From an uncultured Acidobacteriota bacterium (GTDB lineage: Bacteria; Acidobacteriota; Thermoanaerobaculia; UBA5066; DATFVB01): 64,000 nucleotides of DNA. Below are positions 48,005 to 57,698 of the stretch, in pieces. A model generated the notes under the pieces. It did no database searches and was not told the origin of the DNA. It worked only from the letters and a program-made list of their open reading frames with translations. Position 1 is the first letter of the stretch. The number at the start of each line of letters is the position of its first letter. A program made the translations under genes and the position numbers. The DNA lies in the NCBI GenBank assembly GCA_963813155.1, contig CAWEYG010000002.1:1-64000 (forward strand), written 5' to 3'.

Positions 48005-48903
48005 GCAGCGCGACAGAAACCTCCGCGCGGCCCGCCGCCGAATCCCCGGTTTCGCCGGACGACGCCGTCGTGCTCCGGAACGTCCGCAAGACGTACGAGG
48101 GAAAGTCGGTCCTCTCCGGCGCGACGCTCGCGATCCGGCGGGGCGAAACGATGGTCGTGCTGGGACCGTCGGGAACGGGCAAGAGCGTGCTGCTGCGCCA
48201 TATCAACGGGCTCACGAAGCCCGACTCGGGAAACGTGTTCGTCTGCGGCGAGGACATCGTTCCGCTCGCCGAGGAAGACATGGCGCACGTGCGGCTTCGC
48301 GTTTCGATGCTCTTCCAGGGGGGCGCGCTTTTCGATTCGATGAACGTTCTCGAGAACGTCGCGTTCCCGATGCGGGAACACACGCAGATGAGCAACCAGG
48401 AGATCGCCGAACGCGTCGCCGAGAAGCTCGCGATGGTGGGCCTCCCGGGCACGCAGCGAAAGATGCCGTCGGAGCTCTCGGGCGGCATGCGCAAGCGCGT
48501 CGCGCTCGCACGCTCGATCGCGCTCGACCCGGAGATCATCCTGTTCGACGAGCCGACGACCGGGCTCGACCCGATCAACTCCGAGAAGATCAACGAGCTG
48601 ATCGCCGACCTGAACTCGCGGCTGAAGGCGACATTCGTCGTCGTCACGCACGACATCGTCTCCGCGAGAGCGATCGCGGACCGCGTCGCGTTCCTGCACG
48701 GCGGAACGTTCGAGTTCGTCGGAAGCTTCGACGAAGCCGCCCTCGGAGCCCACCCCATCCTGTCCGACTTCTTCCGGTCCCAGGGCTTTCCCTGCAAGAC
48801 CGAGACGGCGGCGATGTCCGCCGCCGCGCTGCGCGCGCTTTCGGCCGCGCCGCACCCGTCCGAAGCGGGGTCTGTCCGAAAACCGAAATCCGAGGGGGCG
48901 TAA
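48001..48903 (+). CDS. mlaF: MlaF ABC ATPase
   Basis: GPSGTGKS, FQGGALFDS, LSGGMRKR and DEPTTGLDP. Confidence 0.92.
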   Translation: MSSATETSARPAAESPVSPDDAVVLRNVRKTYEGKSVLSGATLAIRRGETMVVLGPSGTGKSVLLRHINGLTKPDSGNVFVCGEDIVPLAEEDMAHVRLRVSMLFQGGALFDSMNVLENVAFPMREHTQMSNQEIAERVAEKLAMVGLPGTQRKMPSELSGGMRKRVALARSIALDPEIILFDEPTTGLDPINSEKINELIADLNSRLKATFVVVTHDIVSARAIADRVAFLHGGTFEFVGSFDEAALGAHPILSDFFRSQGFPCKTETAAMSAAALRALSAAPHPSEAGSVRKPKSEGA

Positions 48904-50090
48904 TGCGCGGCAGTGAGATCGTTCAACGGCGTTTTCGGGTCGGCCTCGTCGTCCTCGTCGCGCTCTTCGCGTTCGCGATCGGGGTCTTCATGGTCGGCAA
49001 GCGGGCGAGCCTCTTCACCCGGAAGGTCGACTACCAGATCCGCTTCGCGAGCGCGTCCGGGCTCACCGCCGGCAACGCCGTGCGGCTCGCCGGCGTCACG
49101 GTCGGCACGGTGACCGACGTCGCGCTGTCGGAGAAGCCGGGAGACACGACCGTCACCGTACAGGTCAACGTCGAGCGGCGCATGACGTCGCGCATCCGGG
49201 CAGACACGCGGGCGTCGATCAAGACGATCGGCCTGCTTGGCGACAAGTACATCGAGCTCGAAGGCGGGTCCGACGCCTCGCCGGAAATCCCCCCGGGCGG
49301 CGAGATCGCCGCCGCGCAGGAAGCGGGGATCGAGAAGCTGCTCGCCGGCGGAGAAGGCTTGCTCGGCGATCTCACGGAGATCGCCCGCTCGCTCAAGATC
49401 ATTCTCGCGCGCACCGAAAAAGGAAAGGGGCTCGTCGGGGAGCTCACGAGCGATTCCGAGCGCGGAAAGCAGATCGGCTCGAACCTCAACCAGACGTTGA
49501 AACAGCTTTCGGTGACGCTCGAAAAGATCAACTCGGGCAAGAGCCTCGCCGGCAAGCTCATTGCGGACGAAAAGTACGGCCGCGATAACGGGCAGGCGCT
49601 TTCGAGCGCGATTACTTCGGCGTCGAAGCTGTTTGGAAAGCTCTCGACCGCGATGGACAAGCGCGACGGCGCCCTCCCCGCGCTCATCGCCGATCCCGAC
49701 GGAAAAAAGAAAATCTACGCGCTGATCGACAACCTCTCGCAGGCCGGCGTTTCCCTCGCGCGGGTCTCATCGGAGCTCGACCGGGGCAAGGGGCTGCTTC
49801 CGGTGCTGCTGCACGACGAGTCCTTCTCCCGCGACTTCCGGCAGCACCTCTCGAACCTCGCGGAACACCTCGACGCCGTTTCAGCGAAGCTCGACAGCCG
49901 GGACGGAACGCTCGGAAAGTTCCTGACCGACCCGTCGCTCTACGACGCCGCCAACGACATCGTCGTGGGCGTCAACGAGTCCAAGCTCCTGAAGTGGCTG
50001 ATTCGCGACCGCCAGAAGCGGGGCATCAAGGAACGCTACGACAAAGAACACGCGAAATCCGCGGGGAAGGCGGACGCCGAGCCGCAATGA
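48903..50090 (+). CDS. mlaD: MlaD/MCE family protein with long helical extension
   Basis: N-terminal [21 protein letters not shown] and repeated G..G.L..D helical units. Confidence 0.88.
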   Translation: MRGSEIVQRRFRVGLVVLVALFAFAIGVFMVGKRASLFTRKVDYQIRFASASGLTAGNAVRLAGVTVGTVTDVALSEKPGDTTVTVQVNVERRMTSRIRADTRASIKTIGLLGDKYIELEGGSDASPEIPPGGEIAAAQEAGIEKLLAGGEGLLGDLTEIARSLKIILARTEKGKGLVGELTSDSERGKQIGSNLNQTLKQLSVTLEKINSGKSLAGKLIADEKYGRDNGQALSSAITSASKLFGKLSTAMDKRDGALPALIADPDGKKKIYALIDNLSQAGVSLARVSSELDRGKGLLPVLLHDESFSRDFRQHLSNLAEHLDAVSAKLDSRDGTLGKFLTDPSLYDAANDIVVGVNESKLLKWLIRDRQKRGIKERYDKEHAKSAGKADAEPQ

Positions 50091-51034
50091 ACGTTCTCAT
50101 CACGGGGGGAGCCGGTTTCATCGGATCGCACCTCGCGGACCGCCGTCTGGCGCGGGGGGATTCGGTCACGGTCCTCGACGACTTCAACGACTACTACGAC
50201 CCGGCCGTCAAGCGCCGCAACGTGGCCCCGCATCTCGGCAATCCGTGCTACCGGCTGGTCGAAGGGGACATCCGCGACCGGGCGCTCGTGCTCGGCCTGT
50301 TCGAAACGGGACGATTCGACGCGGTCGTTCACCTCGCCGCGCGCGCCGGCGTGCGCCCGTCGCTCAAAGACCCCGTTCTCTACGAAGAGGTCAACTGCGT
50401 CGCGAGCCTGCACCTCCTGGACGCGGCGGTGAAGTTCGGAAAGCCGAGGTTCGTCTTCGCGTCGTCCTCGTCGGTGTACGGCGTGAACTCGAAGCTGCCG
50501 TTTTCCGAGGACGACCCGATCGACCGCCCCGTCTCGCCCTACGCGACGACGAAGCGCAGCGGCGAGCTGCTCGCGTTCAACTACCACCACCTCTACGGCC
50601 TCGACGTGTTCTGCCTGCGCTTCTTCACCGTCTACGGCCCGCGGCAGCGTCCCGAAATGGCGATCGCCCGGTTCACCGAGGCGATCGAGCGGGGGAAGGA
50701 ATTCCCGTTCTACGGAGACGGCGGATCGCGCCGCGACTACACGTTCATCGAAGACATCCTCGACGGCGTCGAGGCCTCCCTCGACCGGTGCCGCGGGTTC
50801 GAGATCGTCAACCTGGGCGGCTCGCACCCGGTCACGCTGTCGGAGCTCGTCGCCGCGCTCGAGGCCGCGACCGGAAAGAAGGCGAAGCTCTCGCGCCAAC
50901 CGGAGCAGCCGGGGGACGTCCCGGTCACGTTCGCGGACGTGAGCAAGGCGAAACGAGTCCTCGGCTACGAGGCGAAGGTCCCGCTCGAAGAGGGCCTGCG
51001 GCGCTACGTCGAGTGGTATCGGAGGGAAGCTTGA
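50087..51034 (+). CDS. NAD-dependent epimerase (UDP-glucuronate 4-epimerase-like)
   Basis: [28 protein letters not shown] and RFFTVYGP. Confidence 0.88.
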   Translation: MNVLITGGAGFIGSHLADRRLARGDSVTVLDDFNDYYDPAVKRRNVAPHLGNPCYRLVEGDIRDRALVLGLFETGRFDAVVHLAARAGVRPSLKDPVLYEEVNCVASLHLLDAAVKFGKPRFVFASSSSVYGVNSKLPFSEDDPIDRPVSPYATTKRSGELLAFNYHHLYGLDVFCLRFFTVYGPRQRPEMAIARFTEAIERGKEFPFYGDGGSRRDYTFIEDILDGVEASLDRCRGFEIVNLGGSHPVTLSELVAALEAATGKKAKLSRQPEQPGDVPVTFADVSKAKRVLGYEAKVPLEEGLRRYVEWYRREA

Positions 51035-52330
51035 ACATCTGCATGGTGGGCACCGGCTACGTGGGCCTCGTGACCGGAACGTGCCTGGCGGACTTCGGCA
51101 TGCACGTCGTCTGCGTCGACATCGACGAGGAGAAGATCCGCTCGCTCCAGGCGGGCAGAGATCCCGATCTACGAGCCCGGCCTCGAGGAGCTCGTCGCGA
51201 AGAACGAGCGCGCGGGAAGGCTGCGCTTCTCGACGGACCTGAAGTCCGCCGTCGAGGGTTCGCTGGCGATCTTCATCGCGGTCGGAACTCCCCCGCTGCC
51301 CGACGGGTCCGCGGACCTCACCTACGTCCGGCAGGTCGCGGAATCGATCGCCGGCCACGCGAACGGCTACAAGGTCGTCGTCACGAAGTCGACGGTCCCG
51401 ACCGGCACCGGCAAGATGATCGAGGAGATCCTGAAGGCCGGCATCGGCTCGCACGAGTTCTCCGTCGTGTCGAACCCGGAATTCCTGCGCGAAGGGTCCG
51501 CGATCTCCGATTTCCTGCGCCCGGACCGCGTCGTCATCGGCGCCCGGGACGAAAGGGCGATCGCCGTGATGCGCGAGATCTATTCGCCTCTCTACCTCAT
51601 CGAAACGCCGTTCATCGTCACGGACGTGGAATCGGCCGAGATGATCAAGTACGCGTCCAACGGGTTCCTCTCGGTGAAAATCTCTTTCATCAACGAGATC
51701 GCGCGGATCTGCGAGCTCGTGGGGGCGGACGTCCACGCCGTCGCGAGGGGGATGGGCCTCGACAAGCGGATCGGGTCGAAATTCCTGCATCCCGGCCCGG
51801 GCTTCGGCGGCTCCTGCTTCCCGAAGGACACGCAAGCCGTCGCGGACCTGGCGAGAAGACACGACTACCGGTTCGAGATCATCGAGGCGGCGATCTCCGC
51901 CAACGAGGCCACGAAGGCGCGGATGATCGAAAAGATCGAAAAGGCCGTTGGCGGGGTGGGGGGAAAGACGATCGGAATCCTCGGGATCTCGTTCAAGCCC
52001 GAAACGGACGACATCCGCGAGTCGGCCGCGCTGAAGATCATCGCGGACCTGCAGCAGCGCGGCGCGGCCGTCCGGGCGTTCGACCCCGCCGCGATCGAGA
52101 ACGCCCGGAAGGTCCTGGGAGGCGTCGAGTACGCGAAGGACGCGTATGATTGCGCCCGCGGTTGCGACGCGCTCGTGATCGTGACGGAGTGGAACGAGTT
52201 CCGCGCGCTCGATTTCGGCGTCCTGGCGGCGTCCATGCGCTCGAAAGCGCTCGTGGACCTTCGAAACATTTACGACCCGGACGAGGTCCGGGCGCTCGGC
52301 TGGACTTATGAGGGGGTGGGACGTGGCTAG
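51031..52330 (+). CDS. ugd: UDP-glucose 6-dehydrogenase, frameshift near 51155
   Basis: TTG start and GTGYVG in the 5' frame; [30 protein letters not shown] and [11 protein letters not shown] in the 3' frame. Confidence 0.9.
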
Positions 52331-53690
52331 ATTCTCTCGGTATTTCGCGGCGGCGGCCGCGCTCTCGGCGGCGGTGAGGCTCGGCGCGGCGGAATTCCGC
52401 GTGCCGGTCGAGCAGTTCACTCTCGACAACGGCCTTCGAGTCGCGTTCTCGCAGGACCACGCGAGCCCGGTGGTCGCCGTCGCTTTGTACTACCACGTGG
52501 GGTCACGCGACGAGGAGAAGGGGCGCAGCGGATTCGCCCACCTTTTCGAACACATGATGTTTCAGGGCTCGGCCCACGTGAAAAAGGCCGAGATCAACTC
52601 CCTCGTCGAAAACAACGGCGGGATCCTGAACGGGTCCACCCACGCCGAGTACACGAACTATTTCGAGATGATGCCCTCCGACCGGCTCGAGCTCGCGCTG
52701 TGGCTCGAGGCGGACCGGATGCGCTCCCTCGCGGTGACCGCCGAGAATCTCAAGAACCAGCAGGAAGTCGTGAAGGAGGAAAAACGCCTCCGGATCGACA
52801 ACCAGCCGTACGTGCCGTCCTTCCTCGAAATGGACGAAATGCTCTTCCGCAACTGGTCCAACGCCCACTCGGCGATCGGCTCGATGGAGGACCTCGACGC
52901 GGCGAAGCTCGAGGACGTGCAGAACTTCTTCCGGATCCACTACGCGCCGAACAACGCCGTCCTCGTCATCGCGGGCGATTTCGAGCCGAAGCAGGCGCGT
53001 GCGTGGGTCGAAAAGCACTTCGGGCCCATTCCCCGGCAGGCGGCGCCCGCCCGCCCCGACCTCGCGGATCCCGACGGCGCCGCGACCGCGGAACGAACGA
53101 CGCAGGACAAGCTCGCGAAGGTCCCGGCTGTGCTGATCGGCTGGAAGGTCCCGGGCAAGCTCGATCGTTCCGCGGCGGCGATCGACCTTCTCTCGAATCT
53201 CCTCGGCGACGGCGAGTCGTCGATGCTCTACCAGACGCTCGTCAAGCAGAAGCAGATCGCGGTTTCGGCGCGCGCCGGCTACGACGAGAGCGCCGGGCCG
53301 TCTACGTTCACGGCGTTCGTCGTCGAGAGGCCGGGGACGGACGCAAAGAAGACGGTCGCGGAAGTCGAAGCCTTGATTCACCGGATCCAGGAAAAAGGCG
53401 TCACGCCGGAAGAGCTCGCCCGCGCGAGAGCCATGTACAAGTCGGAACGCTTCAGCTCCGGATTCGAGAGCCTCCAGACGCCGCTCGGCCGCGCGGAAGC
53501 GATCGGGTGGTCGGCGCTCTTCGACCCGGACGGCGCCGAAGGGGTCAACAGCGACGTCGCGCGCTACGACGCGGTCGTGCCCGCCGACATCCAGGAGGCG
53601 GCGCGAAAATCCTTCGTGTTGGCGAACCGATCGGTCATCGAAATCGTTCCGGCCGCGAAAGCAGCGGCCGCTCCCGGAGGTGCAAAATGA
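52323..53690 (+). CDS. M16 zinc peptidase, catalytic subunit
   Basis: HLFEH inverted zinc motif, EEKR and YAPNNA. Confidence 0.9.
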   Translation: MARFSRYFAAAAALSAAVRLGAAEFRVPVEQFTLDNGLRVAFSQDHASPVVAVALYYHVGSRDEEKGRSGFAHLFEHMMFQGSAHVKKAEINSLVENNGGILNGSTHAEYTNYFEMMPSDRLELALWLEADRMRSLAVTAENLKNQQEVVKEEKRLRIDNQPYVPSFLEMDEMLFRNWSNAHSAIGSMEDLDAAKLEDVQNFFRIHYAPNNAVLVIAGDFEPKQARAWVEKHFGPIPRQAAPARPDLADPDGAATAERTTQDKLAKVPAVLIGWKVPGKLDRSAAAIDLLSNLLGDGESSMLYQTLVKQKQIAVSARAGYDESAGPSTFTAFVVERPGTDAKKTVAEVEALIHRIQEKGVTPEELARARAMYKSERFSSGFESLQTPLGRAEAIGWSALFDPDGAEGVNSDVARYDAVVPADIQEAARKSFVLANRSVIEIVPAAKAAAAPGGAK

Positions 53691-55124
53691 AGACCGCGCT
53701 CGCCCTGCTCGTCTCGCTCTCGGCCGCTTCGGTAGGGTTCGCCGCGTCCCCCGCGCCCGACGCCGACGCGACGCCCCCGCCCGCTTCCGCGCCCCGAAGA
53801 CTCGAGCTCCCGAAAATCTCGAAGTCGCGACTCGCCAACGGCCTCGCGCTCGAAATCGTCGAAGATCACCGGATCCCTCTCGTGACGGTCCGCCTCGGCC
53901 TCCCCGCCGGATCCGTGCGAGACGCGAGCGGCGAAGAGGGAACGGCCGAAGCGGTTGCCGCGTCCCTGACGGACGGAGTTCCGGGGTTGACTTCCGCCCA
54001 GATCGCCGAAAAGGTGGCCGCGCTCGGCGCCTCGCTCGACGCTTCGGCCAGCTCGGATGCGGCCACGATTTCGGGCTCCGTGCTGTCGGAGAACTTCGAG
54101 GACGTTCTTCCGCCTCTTCTCCCGCGTCGTCGTCGAGCCCTCGTTCCCCGCGGACGAGCTCGAAATCTACCGCGACAACGCGGTTCAAAGGCTCACCCTC
54201 GCGCACACGCAGCCGGCGTTCCTGGGGCAGGAGCGCCTCTCCGCGATCCTGTTCGGCGCGCACCCCTATGCGCGGGTGGCGACGGAGACTTCCCTGAAGT
54301 CGCTGACCCGCGAACGCCTCGAGAAGTTCTATCGCGCCTGCTACAAGCCATCCGGCGCGGTCCTCGTCCTCTACGGCGACGTCACGCCCGCGGCGGCGCG
54401 CGCACTCGCCGAGAAGTCCTTCGCGGAATGGAAGGGCGCGCCCCCGGCCAGCGGGACTTTTCCGCCCCTGCCTCGCCGATCGGGCCGCACCGTCGCCCTC
54501 GTCGACCGGCCCGGCAGCGTTCAGGCGCGAATCGTGATCGGATCGGTCGCTCCGACGGAGAAGAGCCCCGTGTATTTCCCCCTCCAGCTCGCGAACAACG
54601 TTTTCGGCGGGGGAAGCGCTTCGCGCCTCTTCATGGACATCCGCGAAAAGAAGGGCTACACGTACGATCCCGACTCCTCGTTTTCGACGCGAAAACAGTA
54701 CGGAACGTTCGTCGCCGACTGCACCGTGCGCAACGACGTCGCGATCCCGGCGGTCGGGGTCTTCTTCGACTTGTTCGATTCGTCCGCGAAGACCCCTCCT
54801 TCGGCCGAGGAGCTGGACCACTCGAAAACGTTTCTGAACGGAATCTTCGCGCTGCGGCTCGCGACGCAATCCGGAGTCGCGAACCAGCTGCTCCGCATCG
54901 AGCTGTTCGGGCTCCCCGCCGACTGGCTCGAGACGTACCGGGCGAAGATCGCCAAGGTGACGCCCGCGGAAGCCGCGTCGGCAACGAAGACCTACATCGA
55001 CGCGCCGAACCCCGTTCTCGTCGTGGTCGGAGACGCGAAACTCCTGAAAGAAGGGCTCGCGAAGTACGGGAAAGTCGCCGTGTACGACACGGAAGGAAAG
55101 ACGATCGGGACCCCAAAGAAATAA
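53687..55124 (+). CDS. M16 peptidase, non-catalytic partner subunit, frameshift near 54100
   Basis: LANGL, HPY and SRLF..IREKKGYTY (R/Y pair); no HxxEH; coupled to the upstream gene. Confidence 0.85.
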
Positions 55125-55189
55125 CGGTGTCGCGTCTCTGACAAGCCGCAAGGCGTCAGTCAGATAGCCGCGAGAAAGGGTCAGTCAGC

Positions 55190-56125
55190 ATGCGGGTACT
55201 CGTCACCGGAGGGGCCGGTTTCCTGGGGAGCCATCTCTGCGACCGGCTCCTGCGCGAGGGGCACGACGTCGTCGCGATGGACAACCTGATCACCGGAAAC
55301 ACGCGCAACATCTCGCATCTGGCGGGGAACCCGCGGTTCAAGTTCATCCACCACGACATCACGGAATACATCTACGTCGACGGAGCGCTCGACGCGATCC
55401 TCCACTTCGCTTCGCCCGCTTCGCCGATCGACTACCTGGAGCTGCCGATCCAGACGATGAAGGTCGGCGCGCTCGGAACGCACAAAGCCCTCGGCGTCGC
55501 GAAGGAAAAGAAGGCGCGAATTCTCCTCGCCTCGACTTCGGAGGTGTACGGCGACCCGCTCGTCCACCCGCAGCCCGAAACGTACTGGGGCAACGTGAAC
55601 CCGATCGGGCCGCGCGGCGTCTACGACGAGGCGAAGCGCTTCGCCGAGGCCCTCACGATGGCCTACCGGCGAAGCCACGGCGTCGACACCCGAATCGTGC
55701 GCATCTTCAACACGTACGGCCCGCGCATGCGGCCCAACGACGGCCGAGTCGTGCCGGCGCTCATCGGTCAGGCGATCGGCGGGAAGCCGATGACGGTTTT
55801 CGGCGATGGATCGCAGACCCGGTCGTTCTGCTACGTCGACGACCTGATCGACGGGATCTACCGCCTGCTCCTCTCCAACGAGCCCGATCCGACGAACGTC
55901 GGGAACCCCGCCGAGATGACGGTCCTGCAGTTCGCAAAGGTGATCCAGAAGCTGACCGGAACGAAGTCGGAGATCGTCTTCCAGTCGCTGCCGACCGACG
56001 ACCCGAAAGTCCGACAGCCGGACATCTCGAAGGCGCGGCGCGTGCTCGGCTGGGAGCCGAAAGTGCCGCTCGAGGAAGGGCTCGTCCAGACGATCGCGTA
56101 TTTCCGGGAGCTCGCGAAGAGCTAG
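55190..56125 (+). CDS. UDP-glucuronic acid decarboxylase (UDP-xylose synthase) family SDR
   Basis: [28 protein letters not shown] and RIFNTYGP. Confidence 0.9.
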   Translation: MRVLVTGGAGFLGSHLCDRLLREGHDVVAMDNLITGNTRNISHLAGNPRFKFIHHDITEYIYVDGALDAILHFASPASPIDYLELPIQTMKVGALGTHKALGVAKEKKARILLASTSEVYGDPLVHPQPETYWGNVNPIGPRGVYDEAKRFAEALTMAYRRSHGVDTRIVRIFNTYGPRMRPNDGRVVPALIGQAIGGKPMTVFGDGSQTRSFCYVDDLIDGIYRLLLSNEPDPTNVGNPAEMTVLQFAKVIQKLTGTKSEIVFQSLPTDDPKVRQPDISKARRVLGWEPKVPLEEGLVQTIAYFRELAKS

Positions 56126-56296
56126 GCTTCGCTCGATCCGCTCGGGCTTAGCCCCAGCGCCGGTCTCGGCAAGTCTCTTCGACCCTCGGCCGCAGTTCGC
56201 TTTCCCTCGGGATCTCAGAGACCAGCCTGCGCCGGCGCGTTGGCCCGGACCCTCGCGGATCTTCGCTCAGGGATGGGGCCCCAACCCTTGAGCGAA
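56126..56296. repeat. Structured intergenic repeat, copy 1
   Basis: Shares 5' and 3' blocks with 57458-57698 and is extensively self-complementary. Confidence 0.65.
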
Positions 56297-56320
56297 ACCG
56301 GGGCAGCGGTCGGGGCTGAA

Positions 56321-56486
56321 GGCGGGTCGAAGGTGCCTCGCAAGAGGAGCGTATGTTTTTTCGCTGGTACAGCCTGCACGCCAAGCAGAAGTCCTCTTGC
56401 GAAAAAACTTGCCCGAGGAGCGCGCACGGACAGATGCCACCGCCAGGCGCGCTGCGTCTCCTCGAGGGAGGCACCGAGGATCCGCC
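56321..56486. other. Multi-stem structured element (candidate ncRNA or MITE)
   Basis: Basal stem GGCGGGTC/GATCCGCC plus GGTGCCTC/GAGGCACC, enclosing two hairpins. Confidence 0.45.
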
Positions 56487-56514
56487 TGGGGCTGGCCGCG
56501 AATCAGGCTGAGCG

Positions 56515-57432
56515 CTACGCCTTTTCGACCCTCGTCCCGGAGATCCTGTCCGCGAGGCCGCGCCCTTCGCGGTTGAAGGCGGCCGTCAGGAACAGCAGCC
56601 CCGCCGTCGCGACGTAAAGAAGCAGGCCGAGAAGCCGCGTCAGCACGGCGCCGCTCCGCGGACTCCCCCCCTCCTCGGTCACGACGCGCAGATGGAAAAT
56701 CTTCTCTCCGAGCGTGGACCCGCTTCCCGCGAGGGTCGCAAGGAAGTAGACGCAGACCGCCGCGACCGCGACCGTTCCGCAGAAGACGAGAAGAGTCCAG
56801 AAAACCGGCTCCCCTCCCGAGTGCTCGCGAAGGCTCGAGTGCGTCACGATCCCGACGAGCGCGGGCGCAAAGCAGAGGGTCGCGATCGCGCCGGACACGA
56901 CGAGGTCGACGACGCCCGAGAGCCATCGGGAAACGACTCCCGGGACTTCTGCGACGACCGCGGTGACCCGCGACGGCATCACAGGCTCTTCCACTTCCGG
57001 CCGGATGATGACGTCTTCGGCGGATCGAGTCGGAGAGGCGGGGCGGACGAGCACTTCGGGCTCGGGCCGGATGAACTGCGTGACGCTGTGGCTCGGGCGG
57101 ACCGGGATGCTGATCATCGCGGTTTTCGCCTCCACGTCAGGAGGCGGAATCGCGACGAACGAGAGCAGCGCGCTTCCGAGCGAAACGGTGTCGCCGTTTT
57201 TCAGCGGCGTCTCCTTGCTGACCCTCCGGCCGTTGACGAACAGACCGTTCGAAGAGCCGAGGTCACGCACCTGGGCTTCTTCGCCGTGGATCGAAAGCAG
57301 AGCGTGGGAGCGGGAGACGCATTCCTCGTCGACCCGAACTCCGCAGCCCCGGCTCCTGCCGAGGACGGTGTCGCCTTCGGCCAGAGGGATCTCACGTCCG
57401 CCGTGGCGAAGCAGGAAAGTCCATTCGGGCAT
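56515..57432 (-). CDS. FHA domain + RDD family membrane protein
   Basis: FHA motifs LGR, VSRSHA and DLGSSNG; RDD motifs R..VVD, TLGEKIFHLRVV and D.ISGT.V. Confidence 0.85.
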   Translation of the reverse strand: MPEWTFLLRHGGREIPLAEGDTVLGRSRGCGVRVDEECVSRSHALLSIHGEEAQVRDLGSSNGLFVNGRRVSKETPLKNGDTVSLGSALLSFVAIPPPDVEAKTAMISIPVRPSHSVTQFIRPEPEVLVRPASPTRSAEDVIIRPEVEEPVMPSRVTAVVAEVPGVVSRWLSGVVDLVVSGAIATLCFAPALVGIVTHSSLREHSGGEPVFWTLLVFCGTVAVAAVCVYFLATLAGSGSTLGEKIFHLRVVTEEGGSPRSGAVLTRLLGLLLYVATAGLLFLTAAFNREGRGLADRISGTRVEKA

Positions 57433-57457
57433 CTGCCTGATTTTACCGTGATTTGAG

Positions 57458-57698
57458 GGGGCTCGCTCGGCCCGTTCGGGTCCAGCCCCGGCGCGGGCTC
57501 GGCGAGCGGGTCCTGTCGCGGGACTCGCTCCTCTTTTCCGCTCGCCGCGAGCCTGAGGACTTTGCTACACCCGCGTCGCGAGCGGCAAAAGGGAGTCTCG
57601 CCCCGCGCCACCCGGCCTCTATTGCGCCAGCGCGTTGGCCCCGACCCTCATGGGCCTTCGCTCGGGGGTAGGCTGCGACCGCGGGCCGAGCGAGCCCC
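57458..57698. repeat. Structured intergenic repeat, copy 2, with 17-bp terminal inverted repeats
   Basis: GGGGCTCGCTCGGCCCG (57458-57474) and CGGGCCGAGCGAGCCCC (57682-57698). Confidence 0.7.

Noticed and set aside
56300-56500. 6S RNA, SRP, RNase P or tmRNA assignment
   Set aside because: The fold is branched and I could not recognise the conserved motifs of these RNAs, so it is left unassigned.
56515-57432. FHA protein as the GarA/OdhI regulator of Kgd
   Set aside because: It is an FHA-RDD membrane fusion lacking the N-terminal phospho-Thr tail architecture, and it lies over 40 kb from kgd.
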